A stretch of 43,342 nucleotides of DNA, taken from a virus. Taxonomy: Duplodnaviria > Caudoviricetes. Below are positions 36,001 through 43,342 of the stretch, in pieces. A model generated the notes under the pieces. That model did no database searches. It saw only the letters and a program-made list of their open reading frames with translations, and was not told where the DNA came from. A program made the position numbers and the translations under genes. Every line of letters begins with the position of its first letter. Position 1 is the stretch's first letter. Location: IMG/VR virus record IMGVR_UViG_3300033067_000406, positions 1-43,342 of that record; one strand, given 5' to 3'.

Positions 36001-36938
36001 ACGACTCCACCGTGTACCACCGCCAGGACGACCCGGGGTACGAAGCCCGTATGATCGGCTCCATCGGCGCCCTCGCCCAGTATTTCAAAGACAAGTCCGC
36101 TCTCCAGGGCGCGAGCAACCTGATGAACTTTGGCGCCTCTCCTGGAGCGGACGAGTCGCTGTTCCACCGGACGATGAACTCGGTGGTGTCTCGCTCCCTG
36201 GTCCCCAACTTCGTGACGCAGCTAGGCCGCAACACCACGGACGACCTCAAGCGGAGCGCGACCTCCCCGGGTGAAGCCCTGATGAACTCCCTCCCGATGG
36301 CCTCCAAGGAATTGGACCCGGTGCGTAACGTCCTGGGCGAGCCCCTGCACGTCCCCCGGGATAGCCTCATTGAGAACATGCTCCCAATCACCGTCGCCCC
36401 GGCGACCACCTTCAAGAGCGACCCGGTGATGACCGAACTGGACCGCCTCCGGCAAGTCACGGGGTCCGCCCCCGGTGTCACCCACCCCTCGTCCTTCGAT
36501 AACAACTTCATTGACTCCACCCAGGTGAAGCTAGAGAACGGCCGCTCCCTCTATGACGCGCTCGTGGGTGCCCGCCAAACGGTGGTTGATCCCAACACTG
36601 GGGCCAATCTCCGCACCGCGTTGACCAATCTCTTCCAGCGCCCCGAGTACAAGAACGCGAAGGACGGCGATGCGAGCAACCTGATGGACTCCGAGGGGAA
36701 CGTCTCCCGGGGTGCGGTGATCGCCAAGGTGTTCAACACCTACAACAAGGCGGCCATCCAGGCGGTAGCCAAGGAGAGCCCCATCGCGCGTCACCAACTC
36801 GCCATCGTGGCGGCCAAGAAGATTGACGATGACAAGTTGCGCCCCTACTCTGCAACGGACCTCTCGGACAATCCGAAGCTGCTCCAGACACTCGGCATTG
36901 ACATCAAGAAATATGAACAGAAGGTATCAGGGCAATGA
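33075..36938 (+). CDS. internal virion protein D (gp16-like)
   Basis: 1287 aa; DEFAKR, LPVFNVPAN, GQLTGAGP, GYQPYSIRIG, RNVLGEP motifs. Confidence 0.85.
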   Translation: MSNPGTPDKEGLASADKWDAKMLAGVTTSKSATPAPAPVAEPPPQGYAPPPPEPVPAAPTPSLQQDTTTALPTDANAPDKKGILSTLTDTLSGFITGKSAVDKGAVAGAARIPGTIAGGIMDAAGDLGGRKNLLNWGKTLDSTPELFPGQHMIGAISMLSGMDLKGTSWENIVSSKDYLGKVGNNSVNQGVATMGSLILGAEAFGETKLFSFIPKLAGPGSIGKIGESALNFGAASGILTDPHEARFTSALNNLGIHTEFTDWLGADPDQAGPLENRFKNAVENTLGGIAADTVFQSAKYFRSVIKGAPDEVAKQAAIDAAKNTIPEAAHPAPSTVEAVRGAGHMEVRVNGEPVVQIPSEQFNDLLAKTRAEMKPGLVDSTPESIRNAGTEKPINLAEGAPASIRNARTGFLPGMDNEAVAPLLRSLAIKLHDTPHVVRTDIERDAMARAAAVEVGVDPTDMLAYAQHVAGNVADIDVATTSVQMLWRNMASQLDAMAEKGITAEAPLADIQAHKAAINNVVAFSGSFQNIRSSLGRGLRSTSVLRKAADYVGEKLGMEDKIGNLFKEAGHPVPPQPVSVQDINDFYSIWKDLKGDAAARQNFLRGIQTLPSQWLYLRTSFANNFTANALAGLPSVAMNVVGPSMIGMLHTLEKTAGGFIGALNPLISQEARAKLLSTATNASRAYVQTVGDIPDAFRWALQAAKENRSILGGGWTVDVGRMGPVTDAMIRAAQKQDSVTIGYQLGNLINYWPSSFQRINAGLDEFAKRLSYMGEVRLNALVEHETTPGITMSKADYVKSAMENSIDEVGEATNEAAMRTAERTTLTGGLSGNSYHPLVGKASQFIQEMRSQFPETRYILPVFNVPANSLGETIRRIPGLNLALGETRDELLGHLGAVRQADALGRTMLGGAFMLWAYHLARQGQLTGAGPTDPGNRKAWSDQGYQPYSIRIGDKWVDYSRYDLPGATLAIPANMYDSTVYHRQDDPGYEARMIGSIGALAQYFKDKSALQGASNLMNFGASPGADESLFHRTMNSVVSRSLVPNFVTQLGRNTTDDLKRSATSPGEALMNSLPMASKELDPVRNVLGEPLHVPRDSLIENMLPITVAPATTFKSDPVMTELDRLRQVTGSAPGVTHPSSFDNNFIDSTQVKLENGRSLYDALVGARQTVVDPNTGANLRTALTNLFQRPEYKNAKDGDASNLMDSEGNVSRGAVIAKVFNTYNKAAIQAVAKESPIARHQLAIVAAKKIDDDKLRPYSATDLSDNPKLLQTLGIDIKKYEQKVSGQ

Positions 36939-39460
36939 CCACCACCTACTATGCGCGCTCCTACTACAACGGTGATGCGAGCAACCGTGACTTCGCGGTG
37001 CCCTTTCCCTACCTGGCGACCACTCACCTAAAGGCATACGTCTCGGGGGCCTCGGTTCCCTTCACGTACAACAGCCCCACCAGCATCAAGCTTGCCACCG
37101 CCCCCGCTGCGGGTACGGGCAATGTGGCCGTCATCCGGGAGACTCCCATTGACGCCATGCTCCACACCATCCAATCGGGATCCATCCTCCCGGCTGACAT
37201 CAACGTGGATGCCGTCCAGCTTCTCTACCTGATACAGGAGCGGGATGACCACGCCACCTACAACTCCAAGCTGGCCATCCACGCGCCCGACTCCGATGTT
37301 GGGCTCGACATGGTTCTCCCCTTGGCTGGCTCCGCGCGGGACGGCCTGTTGCTCACCTTCTCAAATGGCCTGCCCGCCCTGGTTACGGCGGCTGGTGCCC
37401 TCGCTACGGGTGCGGGCCTCTCAGCTTCCAACATGGCGGCCCTCCAGGCTCTCGTCACGGCCGGCATCGCGGCTGGGACCCAGTGCTTCACCCCGTGCTA
37501 CTCCACGAGCGGGGACGGAGGCGGTGGCTTCTTCGAGGTTGTCACCACAGGGACCCCCGATGCTGGGCTCATCCTCACCACAGCGGGCGGCGCTGGGCAT
37601 TACCTGAAGCGTATCTTCCAGGGGCCAGTCCGCAGCGAATACTACGGCATCTCAGCGGCCCTCTCCGGGGCCACCAACTCGGCTCGCATCAACGCGGCCC
37701 TCGCTGCGGCTTCCACCCTAAAGCGCCCCTACGAACACGCCGCTGGGCTCATCGTCCCGGTGGACGGCACCATCACGATCCCCGCCTCCTCGGTGGTCCA
37801 CTGGAATGGTGGCGGTATTGACGCGACCCTCGCCGCTGTGGCCCCCACGAACAACTCCACGATCTACTCGGTGGGCTCCTTCTCTGCCCTCCCCGCGCTC
37901 TCTGTGAACGTAGCCGAAGGGGCGACCTCCCTAACCTTTGCCTCGGCCCCCTCGGTGTCCCCTGGTGATCCCATCTTCCTGTACTCCACCGATGTCACCC
38001 AGATATGGTCCATCGCGTCAGGCTCCAAGACCTACTACAAGGGCGAGGCCGTTGAGGTCACCCGAGTGAGCGGCAACACGGTTTACCTGTCCGGTCCCAC
38101 CTACGATAGTTACGTCACGACCAAGACCGCCTTGGGCAAACTCAACGAGAACAACCTTGAGATGACTGGCCTGGTAGCCACCGGGGACGCCATCTCCACC
38201 ACCAACGTGATCTTCCTGGGTAACCTAGGGCGCAAGTCCAAGGTGGAGAACATCTACGCGAGCGGCCCCACGGCCACCCAGACCATCGCCATTGATCGCC
38301 CCTACTTCGCCACCCTGGAGAACATCAACCCGACCCGCAAGCAGGCGGCCGGTGGTAACTCCACCTACGCCCTCGTCATCATCAACGGCCACGGCGCCCG
38401 AGTTCGCGGCGGCACGGCCCAGAGTGTTTGGCACTCGGCCTCGATTGGCGGTGATAGTGGTGCCTACAACATCATCAACCGCCACATTGTCATCGAAGGG
38501 ATGCGCCTCCACACCGATCCCGCCGTCAACAACGGTGTGCCGGCCGCTGACATCCACGGCAACGCCCAATACTGTGGCTACCACAACTGCCCCCGTATTG
38601 ACTCCATAGAGTTGGGTGGAGACCAGTGCTTCATCACCGGGGCAACCGTGGTGTACGGTGGCTCCAGCTTCGGCCTGCCTGCTTCCGCGATCTCGCTCTC
38701 CGAGATGCGCTCCTTCAATCACTACATAGCGTCCACCGTTACGGTGATCGCCAAGGGCACCAATACCCACGCCTACGGTCTTTGCTTTGACACAGACAGC
38801 CCCAATGGTGGTGGCACGGTGAACAACCTCGGCGGTGTCACCAGGTTCCACGCCAAGTGCTACTACAGCCACGTGGACTCGGCGGCGTCCACCCAGTATG
38901 TCGTCTCGTGGTTGACCGGGGCTTGTACGGCTACCGACACTGGCCTCGACTTGAGCGAAGCCCAGTTCAACCTTGTGTCCAACAACGGCACCCTCGGTGG
39001 CGGGATCCAAGCGGTGGGCAACGTCACGTACCCTTCCAAGACGGTCATTCTCCCGAAGAAGTGCAGCACGTACTTCTCCGATGTGCGCTACACCAAGAGC
39101 CTCAACGCCCAGGCCATCGAGTCGGATTGCCTTGGCTGTGGCACCACGCCCAACCACAATGTGGTGACATGCTCGGCGGTCTCCTTCCGGGGGGCCACCG
39201 GCTTTGGGGCGGACTCTGGTGCGTTCGTCAATGCGGCCGGCACCACCGTGGTTGACTTCATGGGGGTTTCCCTCATCAGTACCTACACCAAGGCGATCAT
39301 CATTGACGCCACCGGTAACATGAACTCCGGGAACGGACACTGGAATGGCTACGGCGCCACGATGGCCAACCTCAACACGGTGTACCACACCACAGGACCC
39401 AACGATGGGGCGATCACCCACGGCTCGGTCGGCACCTACAAAACCTCAACCTTCGCGTGA
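36935..39460 (+). CDS. tail fibre/tailspike with T7 gp17-type N-terminal anchor and putative beta-helix depolymerase
   Basis: FAVPFPYL...IRETP anchor; GDGGGGFF; NSARINAALAAA helix cap followed by G/N/T-rich beta repeats. Confidence 0.88.
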   Translation: MTTTYYARSYYNGDASNRDFAVPFPYLATTHLKAYVSGASVPFTYNSPTSIKLATAPAAGTGNVAVIRETPIDAMLHTIQSGSILPADINVDAVQLLYLIQERDDHATYNSKLAIHAPDSDVGLDMVLPLAGSARDGLLLTFSNGLPALVTAAGALATGAGLSASNMAALQALVTAGIAAGTQCFTPCYSTSGDGGGGFFEVVTTGTPDAGLILTTAGGAGHYLKRIFQGPVRSEYYGISAALSGATNSARINAALAAASTLKRPYEHAAGLIVPVDGTITIPASSVVHWNGGGIDATLAAVAPTNNSTIYSVGSFSALPALSVNVAEGATSLTFASAPSVSPGDPIFLYSTDVTQIWSIASGSKTYYKGEAVEVTRVSGNTVYLSGPTYDSYVTTKTALGKLNENNLEMTGLVATGDAISTTNVIFLGNLGRKSKVENIYASGPTATQTIAIDRPYFATLENINPTRKQAAGGNSTYALVIINGHGARVRGGTAQSVWHSASIGGDSGAYNIINRHIVIEGMRLHTDPAVNNGVPAADIHGNAQYCGYHNCPRIDSIELGGDQCFITGATVVYGGSSFGLPASAISLSEMRSFNHYIASTVTVIAKGTNTHAYGLCFDTDSPNGGGTVNNLGGVTRFHAKCYYSHVDSAASTQYVVSWLTGACTATDTGLDLSEAQFNLVSNNGTLGGGIQAVGNVTYPSKTVILPKKCSTYFSDVRYTKSLNAQAIESDCLGCGTTPNHNVVTCSAVSFRGATGFGADSGAFVNAAGTTVVDFMGVSLISTYTKAIIIDATGNMNSGNGHWNGYGATMANLNTVYHTTGPNDGAITHGSVGTYKTSTFA

Positions 39461-39465
39461 TATGA

Positions 39466-39777
39466 ATGAGCACCCACGATACGGACAAGTCCAGCAACGC
39501 CCCCGAGGGCCAGGACTATAGCCCAATGGTCGCCTTCGCTATGGGCGAGATCAAGGGCGAGGTGAAGAACCTCCGCTCTGATTTGGCCGACTGGAAGAAC
39601 GACCTCCGGGCAGACATCCAAGCTGGCGACATTGCGAACACCACCAAGATCGCTGATCTGGAGACCCGTATGCGGGCCTTGGAGAAGTGGAAGTGGATCA
39701 TCGCTGGCGCCGCTGCTGCGGGTGGTACAGCCGGTGGTAAGATCATAGACTTCCTCTCAAAGGTTTCAGCCCAGTGA
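39466..39777 (+). CDS. coiled-coil protein with C-terminal hydrophobic segment (XhlA/holin-like)
   Basis: RMRALEKWKWIIAGAAAAGG; T7 gp17.5 position. Confidence 0.5.
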   Translation: MSTHDTDKSSNAPEGQDYSPMVAFAMGEIKGEVKNLRSDLADWKNDLRADIQAGDIANTTKIADLETRMRALEKWKWIIAGAAAAGGTAGGKIIDFLSKVSAQ

Positions 39778-40052
39778 CAGACACCCCGAAGGACTCCAGG
39801 CCGATCCCGGCCGATAAGCAACTCATTGACCTCTTCGTGGGGCACCTCATCAGGGCTCTCTCCACCGATGGCGAGATCCCAGCCGCGACCCTCGAAGTCA
39901 TCCGTAAGGTGTGCCAGGACAACGCCATCACGATCTCCTCGGTGCGCCGTGGGGACTTCGGCACAGTGGCCAAAGCCGCCGCTGAGGACTTCCCGTTCAA
40001 TGACGATGGGAGCCAACGCGGCGAGACCATCATGGGCGCGAAGTCACACTAA
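39774..40052 (+). CDS. terminase small subunit (gp18-like)
   Basis: AATLEVIRKVCQDNAI, acidic FPF tail; precedes large subunit. Confidence 0.8.
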   Translation: MTDTPKDSRPIPADKQLIDLFVGHLIRALSTDGEIPAATLEVIRKVCQDNAITISSVRRGDFGTVAKAAAEDFPFNDDGSQRGETIMGAKSH

Positions 40053-41885
40053 GTGGCCAACATAGTCCCCGCCAAGTCTCTCTCAGCGGTCACCTCCAAG
40101 GACCCGCTCCGCGTCTTCCCGAACTTCATGTGGAAGACATGGCGCTCCCTAAACTTCCCAGATCCCACCCGCCTACACTATGACGTGGCGGACTTCATGG
40201 TGAATGGCCCCGACCGTCAGATTGACATGGGCTTTCGCGGCATGGCGAAGTCCTACATCGCGGTCACCAAGGCGATCCACGCCCTCTATGTGGACCCCGA
40301 AGAGGAGATCGTCCTGACCGTCTCCGCGACCACCAACGCGGCCAAGCAGAACAGCTACTTCGGGTGGCAGATGATCCAGCAATTCGATTGGCTGGAACAC
40401 CTACGCCCTACCCCCGACCAGCGCCAGTCCACCCAAGCCTTCGACGTGCGGGGGGCGACCCCAAAGAAATCTGAGTCGTTTGCCGCCATGTCCCTCTTCG
40501 GGCAAGTCACCGGCCGCCGCGCCAGGCTGGCCATCCCCGATGACATCGAGATCCCCTCCACGAGTGACACCGAGAAGGCGCGCATAGACCTACGCAAGGC
40601 CCACGCTGAAATACCCGGCGCTATCCTCGTGCCAGGCGGCCGTGAGATCATGCTGGGGACCGCCCAGAACGAGCAAAGCATCTACCCCGAGTTGGCCACC
40701 GAGAAGGGCTACGCTATGCGTATGTGGCCCAGCGAGTATCCCAAGAAGGATGAACTCCCCAAGTTCGGCTCGTGGCTCGCTCCGATGATCGAGGGCGACC
40801 TCCAGAAGGACCCTGGCCTCTCCGGTATGCCAACCGAGCCCTCCCGGTTCGGCATCGAGGTACTCCTCGGCAAGGAGCGGGACTTTGGTAGGATCGAATA
40901 CGCCCGGCAATTCAAGCTGCACCTGGACGCTGGCGCTGGCAATGCGGCCCCCTTGAAGCTACGCGATCTGGTGATCCTCGAATGGGCCACCCCCAGCCTC
41001 CACAGGGGCAAGGTCGCGCTGCTCCTTCCCCCTGATGTCCGCTGGGGGCCAACCAAACAGAACGCCATCACAGACCTCCAGGTGGATGCCCTCCACGGGG
41101 ACTCCATCCATGAGCCCGCCTATGTGAGCCCCCAAGAGGAGTGGCTCCCGGTGGAGATCACTTGGATGTACGTGGACCCCTCGGGTGCCGGCACCGATGA
41201 GACCACCGCTACGGTAGGCGCTGGGCTCTCCGCGATGGTCTTCATATGTGCTCTCCGGGCTTCCATCGAAGGGCACACCCCCGAGACCATGAAGTGGATC
41301 GCTGTGTTGGCCAAGCTGTGGCTCGTGGGGTACATCTACGTGGAGTCCAACTTCGGGCAGGGCATGTTCGGCGCACTCCTCAGGCCCCACCTCCAGGAGA
41401 TCACCCACCCGTGCGTCATCGAGGAGGACCGCAAAGGGGCGGTTCAAAAGGAGCGCCGTATCATCGAGACCCTGGAGCCCCCGGTGAGCAGCCATAGGGT
41501 GGTCATCAATAGGGAGGTGATCGCCAAGGACATGAACTCGGGGAACTACCCCAACATCGAAGACGCCAGGAGACGCTTCTATCGCCTCACCTACCAGTTC
41601 ACCCGGATCACCAAGGTGCGGGACTGCATAGCGAAGGACGACAAGGTTGACGGCCTGGCGAGCCTCGTGGCGAAGTTCATGGAGAGGATGCGCCAAAGAA
41701 CGCAAGATGCGTTGGCCCTAGATAAAGAAGTCGCGCTGATGGAGGAGATCAAGCAGATCATCCAGGAGCGGATCAAGCAGGGCCTCCCCACGTATGGCGC
41801 CGAGTTGCTCCCTGGGATGGCTCTCGGGGCGGACCCCTTAGGGCTTGGGCGACCCCAGGGCAAGGGCAGGAGCAACCTCGGGTGA
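40053..41885 (+). CDS. terminase large subunit (gp19-like)
   Basis: GFRGMAKS Walker A, TGRRA..DDIE, nuclease DPSGAGTDET, ESNFGQGMF, QKERRII, DDKVD. Confidence 0.96.
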   Translation: MANIVPAKSLSAVTSKDPLRVFPNFMWKTWRSLNFPDPTRLHYDVADFMVNGPDRQIDMGFRGMAKSYIAVTKAIHALYVDPEEEIVLTVSATTNAAKQNSYFGWQMIQQFDWLEHLRPTPDQRQSTQAFDVRGATPKKSESFAAMSLFGQVTGRRARLAIPDDIEIPSTSDTEKARIDLRKAHAEIPGAILVPGGREIMLGTAQNEQSIYPELATEKGYAMRMWPSEYPKKDELPKFGSWLAPMIEGDLQKDPGLSGMPTEPSRFGIEVLLGKERDFGRIEYARQFKLHLDAGAGNAAPLKLRDLVILEWATPSLHRGKVALLLPPDVRWGPTKQNAITDLQVDALHGDSIHEPAYVSPQEEWLPVEITWMYVDPSGAGTDETTATVGAGLSAMVFICALRASIEGHTPETMKWIAVLAKLWLVGYIYVESNFGQGMFGALLRPHLQEITHPCVIEEDRKGAVQKERRIIETLEPPVSSHRVVINREVIAKDMNSGNYPNIEDARRRFYRLTYQFTRITKVRDCIAKDDKVDGLASLVAKFMERMRQRTQDALALDKEVALMEEIKQIIQERIKQGLPTYGAELLPGMALGADPLGLGRPQGKGRSNLG

Positions 41886-42070
41886 GGATCATTGGGTACA
41901 TCGGCTGGGACTCTGACACGTACAGCCCAGCGAGGCCCTACCAGAGACGCCGCTACGGCAAGGCCACCACGGTGCGTCCTAAGATCCACCCCACGGAGTC
42001 GGCCGCTAGGAGCCACGGGGGCGGGGACAAGGTGATGGCCGTGTGGATTGACGACGAAGAGAACCGCTAA
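41882..42070 (+). CDS. small hypothetical protein
   Basis: AGGAG RBS, GTGA overlap with terminase stop. Confidence 0.6.
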   Translation: MRIIGYIGWDSDTYSPARPYQRRRYGKATTVRPKIHPTESAARSHGGGDKVMAVWIDDEENR

Positions 42071-42264
42071 GAGAGTCCACCAGGATCCGCTTAGTAAAGT
42101 TCCGGCCGATATTTGGCGCCACACATAAAGAGCAGAACGTGAGGGCGCCGGCCGCCTATACCCCCCTGGCCCCCGTGTGTTTGCCATTGGCCCACCCACA
42201 TACTATCGCGCCCGCGCAGGTCACCTAGGCGCGCGTGGGTGTAAGTCGTTGCGATGCCACCAAA

Positions 42265-42290
42265 CTTGACTGGATTGCCACTTAGTCAAG
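42265..42290. repeat. inverted repeat (operator or recombination core candidate)
   Basis: CTTGACTGG-ATTGCCAC-TTAGTCAAG. Confidence 0.45.
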
Positions 42291-42590
42291 CCCGCCTTGA
42301 GCCCTCGCAATGGGCACACATGCCAGCCCCAACCCCCGAGCCTGCAACCCGAGCAACACACAGCCACGGGAAGCGGGCTATTTTGCGTCTCCCCGAGGTT
42401 GCTCATGGTGCTGGCCAGTGGCAGGGCGCTAGGGTGGCTCGCGGGGAGGGCTCATAGGGTTGGGGCTCCTAGTGTGCCAGCCCGAGGAGACGCCACCATG
42501 AGGCACCGGAGAGGCCATGAGGTCGCCCCTAGACGCCATTGGATGGTCCCTAATGGCCAACATGGGGCGGGGCCCCAGGGAACAAGCCCC

Positions 42591-42620
42591 TTGACTAAGC
42601 GTTAGGTGCGGGACTACAAG
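42591..42620 (+). promoter_or_regulatory. putative early sigma70-type promoter
   Basis: TTGACT-18 bp-TACAAG upstream of the first early gene; -10 is weak. Confidence 0.4.
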
Positions 42621-42678
42621 ACATCACAGGGCTGGCCTAGGCGCTAGTCCCTAACGTGCAAACCTAGGAGTTAGCAAC

Positions 42679-42873
42679 ATGAGCCTTCACTCAAAAGTCT
42701 TTATCGGGTTGGCCCTTATGAGCCACATCGCCATTAGCGCAATGGCGTTTATCGCCGTTGATCCTAACTACTTGCCCACGGCGGCCGTGGCTATGGTCCC
42801 TTACGCTTGGGGCCTGTCTGTGTTGGCAGCCATTAGCTACGCTTGCGACCTTCTCACAGGGGAGGCTCGCTAA
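42679..42873 (+). CDS. two-TM early membrane protein
   Basis: AGGAG RBS; two hydrophobic helices. Confidence 0.7.
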   Translation: MSLHSKVFIGLALMSHIAISAMAFIAVDPNYLPTAAVAMVPYAWGLSVLAAISYACDLLTGEAR

Positions 42874-43127
42874 TGAACATCCAAGTTGACTTCCCCTATT
42901 GCATCACCCGCGCGGAATGGCGGGAGTTCAATAGGCTCAAGGCCCAAGTGCGGCGCGATGCGAAGCGCAAGGCGGACAAGCTGGCGCGCAAGGCATACTG
43001 GTCGCAAGCCTATTGGGCTCGCACCCTTCGCTTTGAGACTTTCAAGGTTGGGGGCTTGAGGTTCATCAAGTTGGGCTCCCTTTCAATCTCCGTTTGCCTT
43101 ACGGTTCCTAAGGAGGTCGCCCAATGA
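42873..43127 (+). CDS. basic early hypothetical protein
   Basis: GGAGG RBS, TAATG coupling. Confidence 0.7.
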   Translation: MNIQVDFPYCITRAEWREFNRLKAQVRRDAKRKADKLARKAYWSQAYWARTLRFETFKVGGLRFIKLGSLSISVCLTVPKEVAQ

Positions 43128-43342
43128 CCGGCCCAAAGGTGACTACCATTTGCTTGCACGGGTTCATTGTGGACCCCGAGGGGAATAGCACCTACGCGGA
43201 CCCGCATGAGGCCACCGCTTGGTGCGTTTATACCCGCACAGACTACGATGAAAACGGGAAGCATCCGCCCGAGGGTTTCATTATTGAGGCGGAAAGCGAT
43301 TTTGAAACATACGACGCGGCGCTAGCTGAAGGGGAAGCCCGA
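43124..43342 (+). CDS. early hypothetical protein, continues across the origin to stop at 34-36
   Basis: AAGGAGG RBS, ATGA overlap; 73 open codons then AKRHNVELREY-stop from position 1. Confidence 0.7.
   Translation, partial: MTGPKVTTICLHGFIVDPEGNSTYADPHEATAWCVYTRTDYDENGKHPPEGFIIEAESDFETYDAALAEGEAR

Larger units (their letters stand above)
42071..42678. other. non-coding region probably containing the collapsed direct terminal repeat/genome ends
   Basis: largest gene-free gap, between terminase and first early genes as in T7-like phages; contains short repeats. Confidence 0.55.

Noticed and set aside
23758-39421. Long minus-strand ORFs (e.g. 23758-24777, 33510-34478, 38225-39421)
   Set aside because: Antisense shadows of GC3-rich structural genes; no motifs or RBS
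42221-42605. ORFs in the terminal non-coding region
   Set aside because: No RBS, atypical composition, overlap repeats and the putative promoter

Overview
This window is an apparently complete, circularly permuted ~43.3 kb genome of a GC-rich T7-like podophage (Autographiviridae-type). The ORF starting at 43124 runs in frame across the end into positions 1-36, and all credible genes are on the + strand. Gene order: small early genes (from ~42680, wrapping to ~5270, including an FkbM methyltransferase and a GNAT); an intact tyrosine integrase (suggests a temperate lifestyle); an unusual cassette of signal-peptide-bearing fibre-tip/C1q-like proteins plus holin-like and spanin genes placed before the single-subunit RNA polymerase; the replication module (SSB, endonuclease I, primase-helicase, nucleotidyltransferase, PolA, gp5.7-like, exonuclease, DUF5664); the virion module (portal, scaffold, capsid, tail tubes A/B, internal virion proteins, tailspike); the terminases; and a ~600 bp non-coding region that probably holds the physical ends. 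Most notable: the secreted fibre-tip cassette; a PolA with a Glu->Gln steric gate and Tyr->Leu O-helix change; a promoter + orphan ORF + structured ~190 nt RNA unit; a Tlde1/DUF2778 enzyme in the T7 lysozyme slot; a hairpin-locked gene with an ATA start; and a recurring CTTAGTCAAG motif. All family calls come from motifs recognised by eye; no searches were run.
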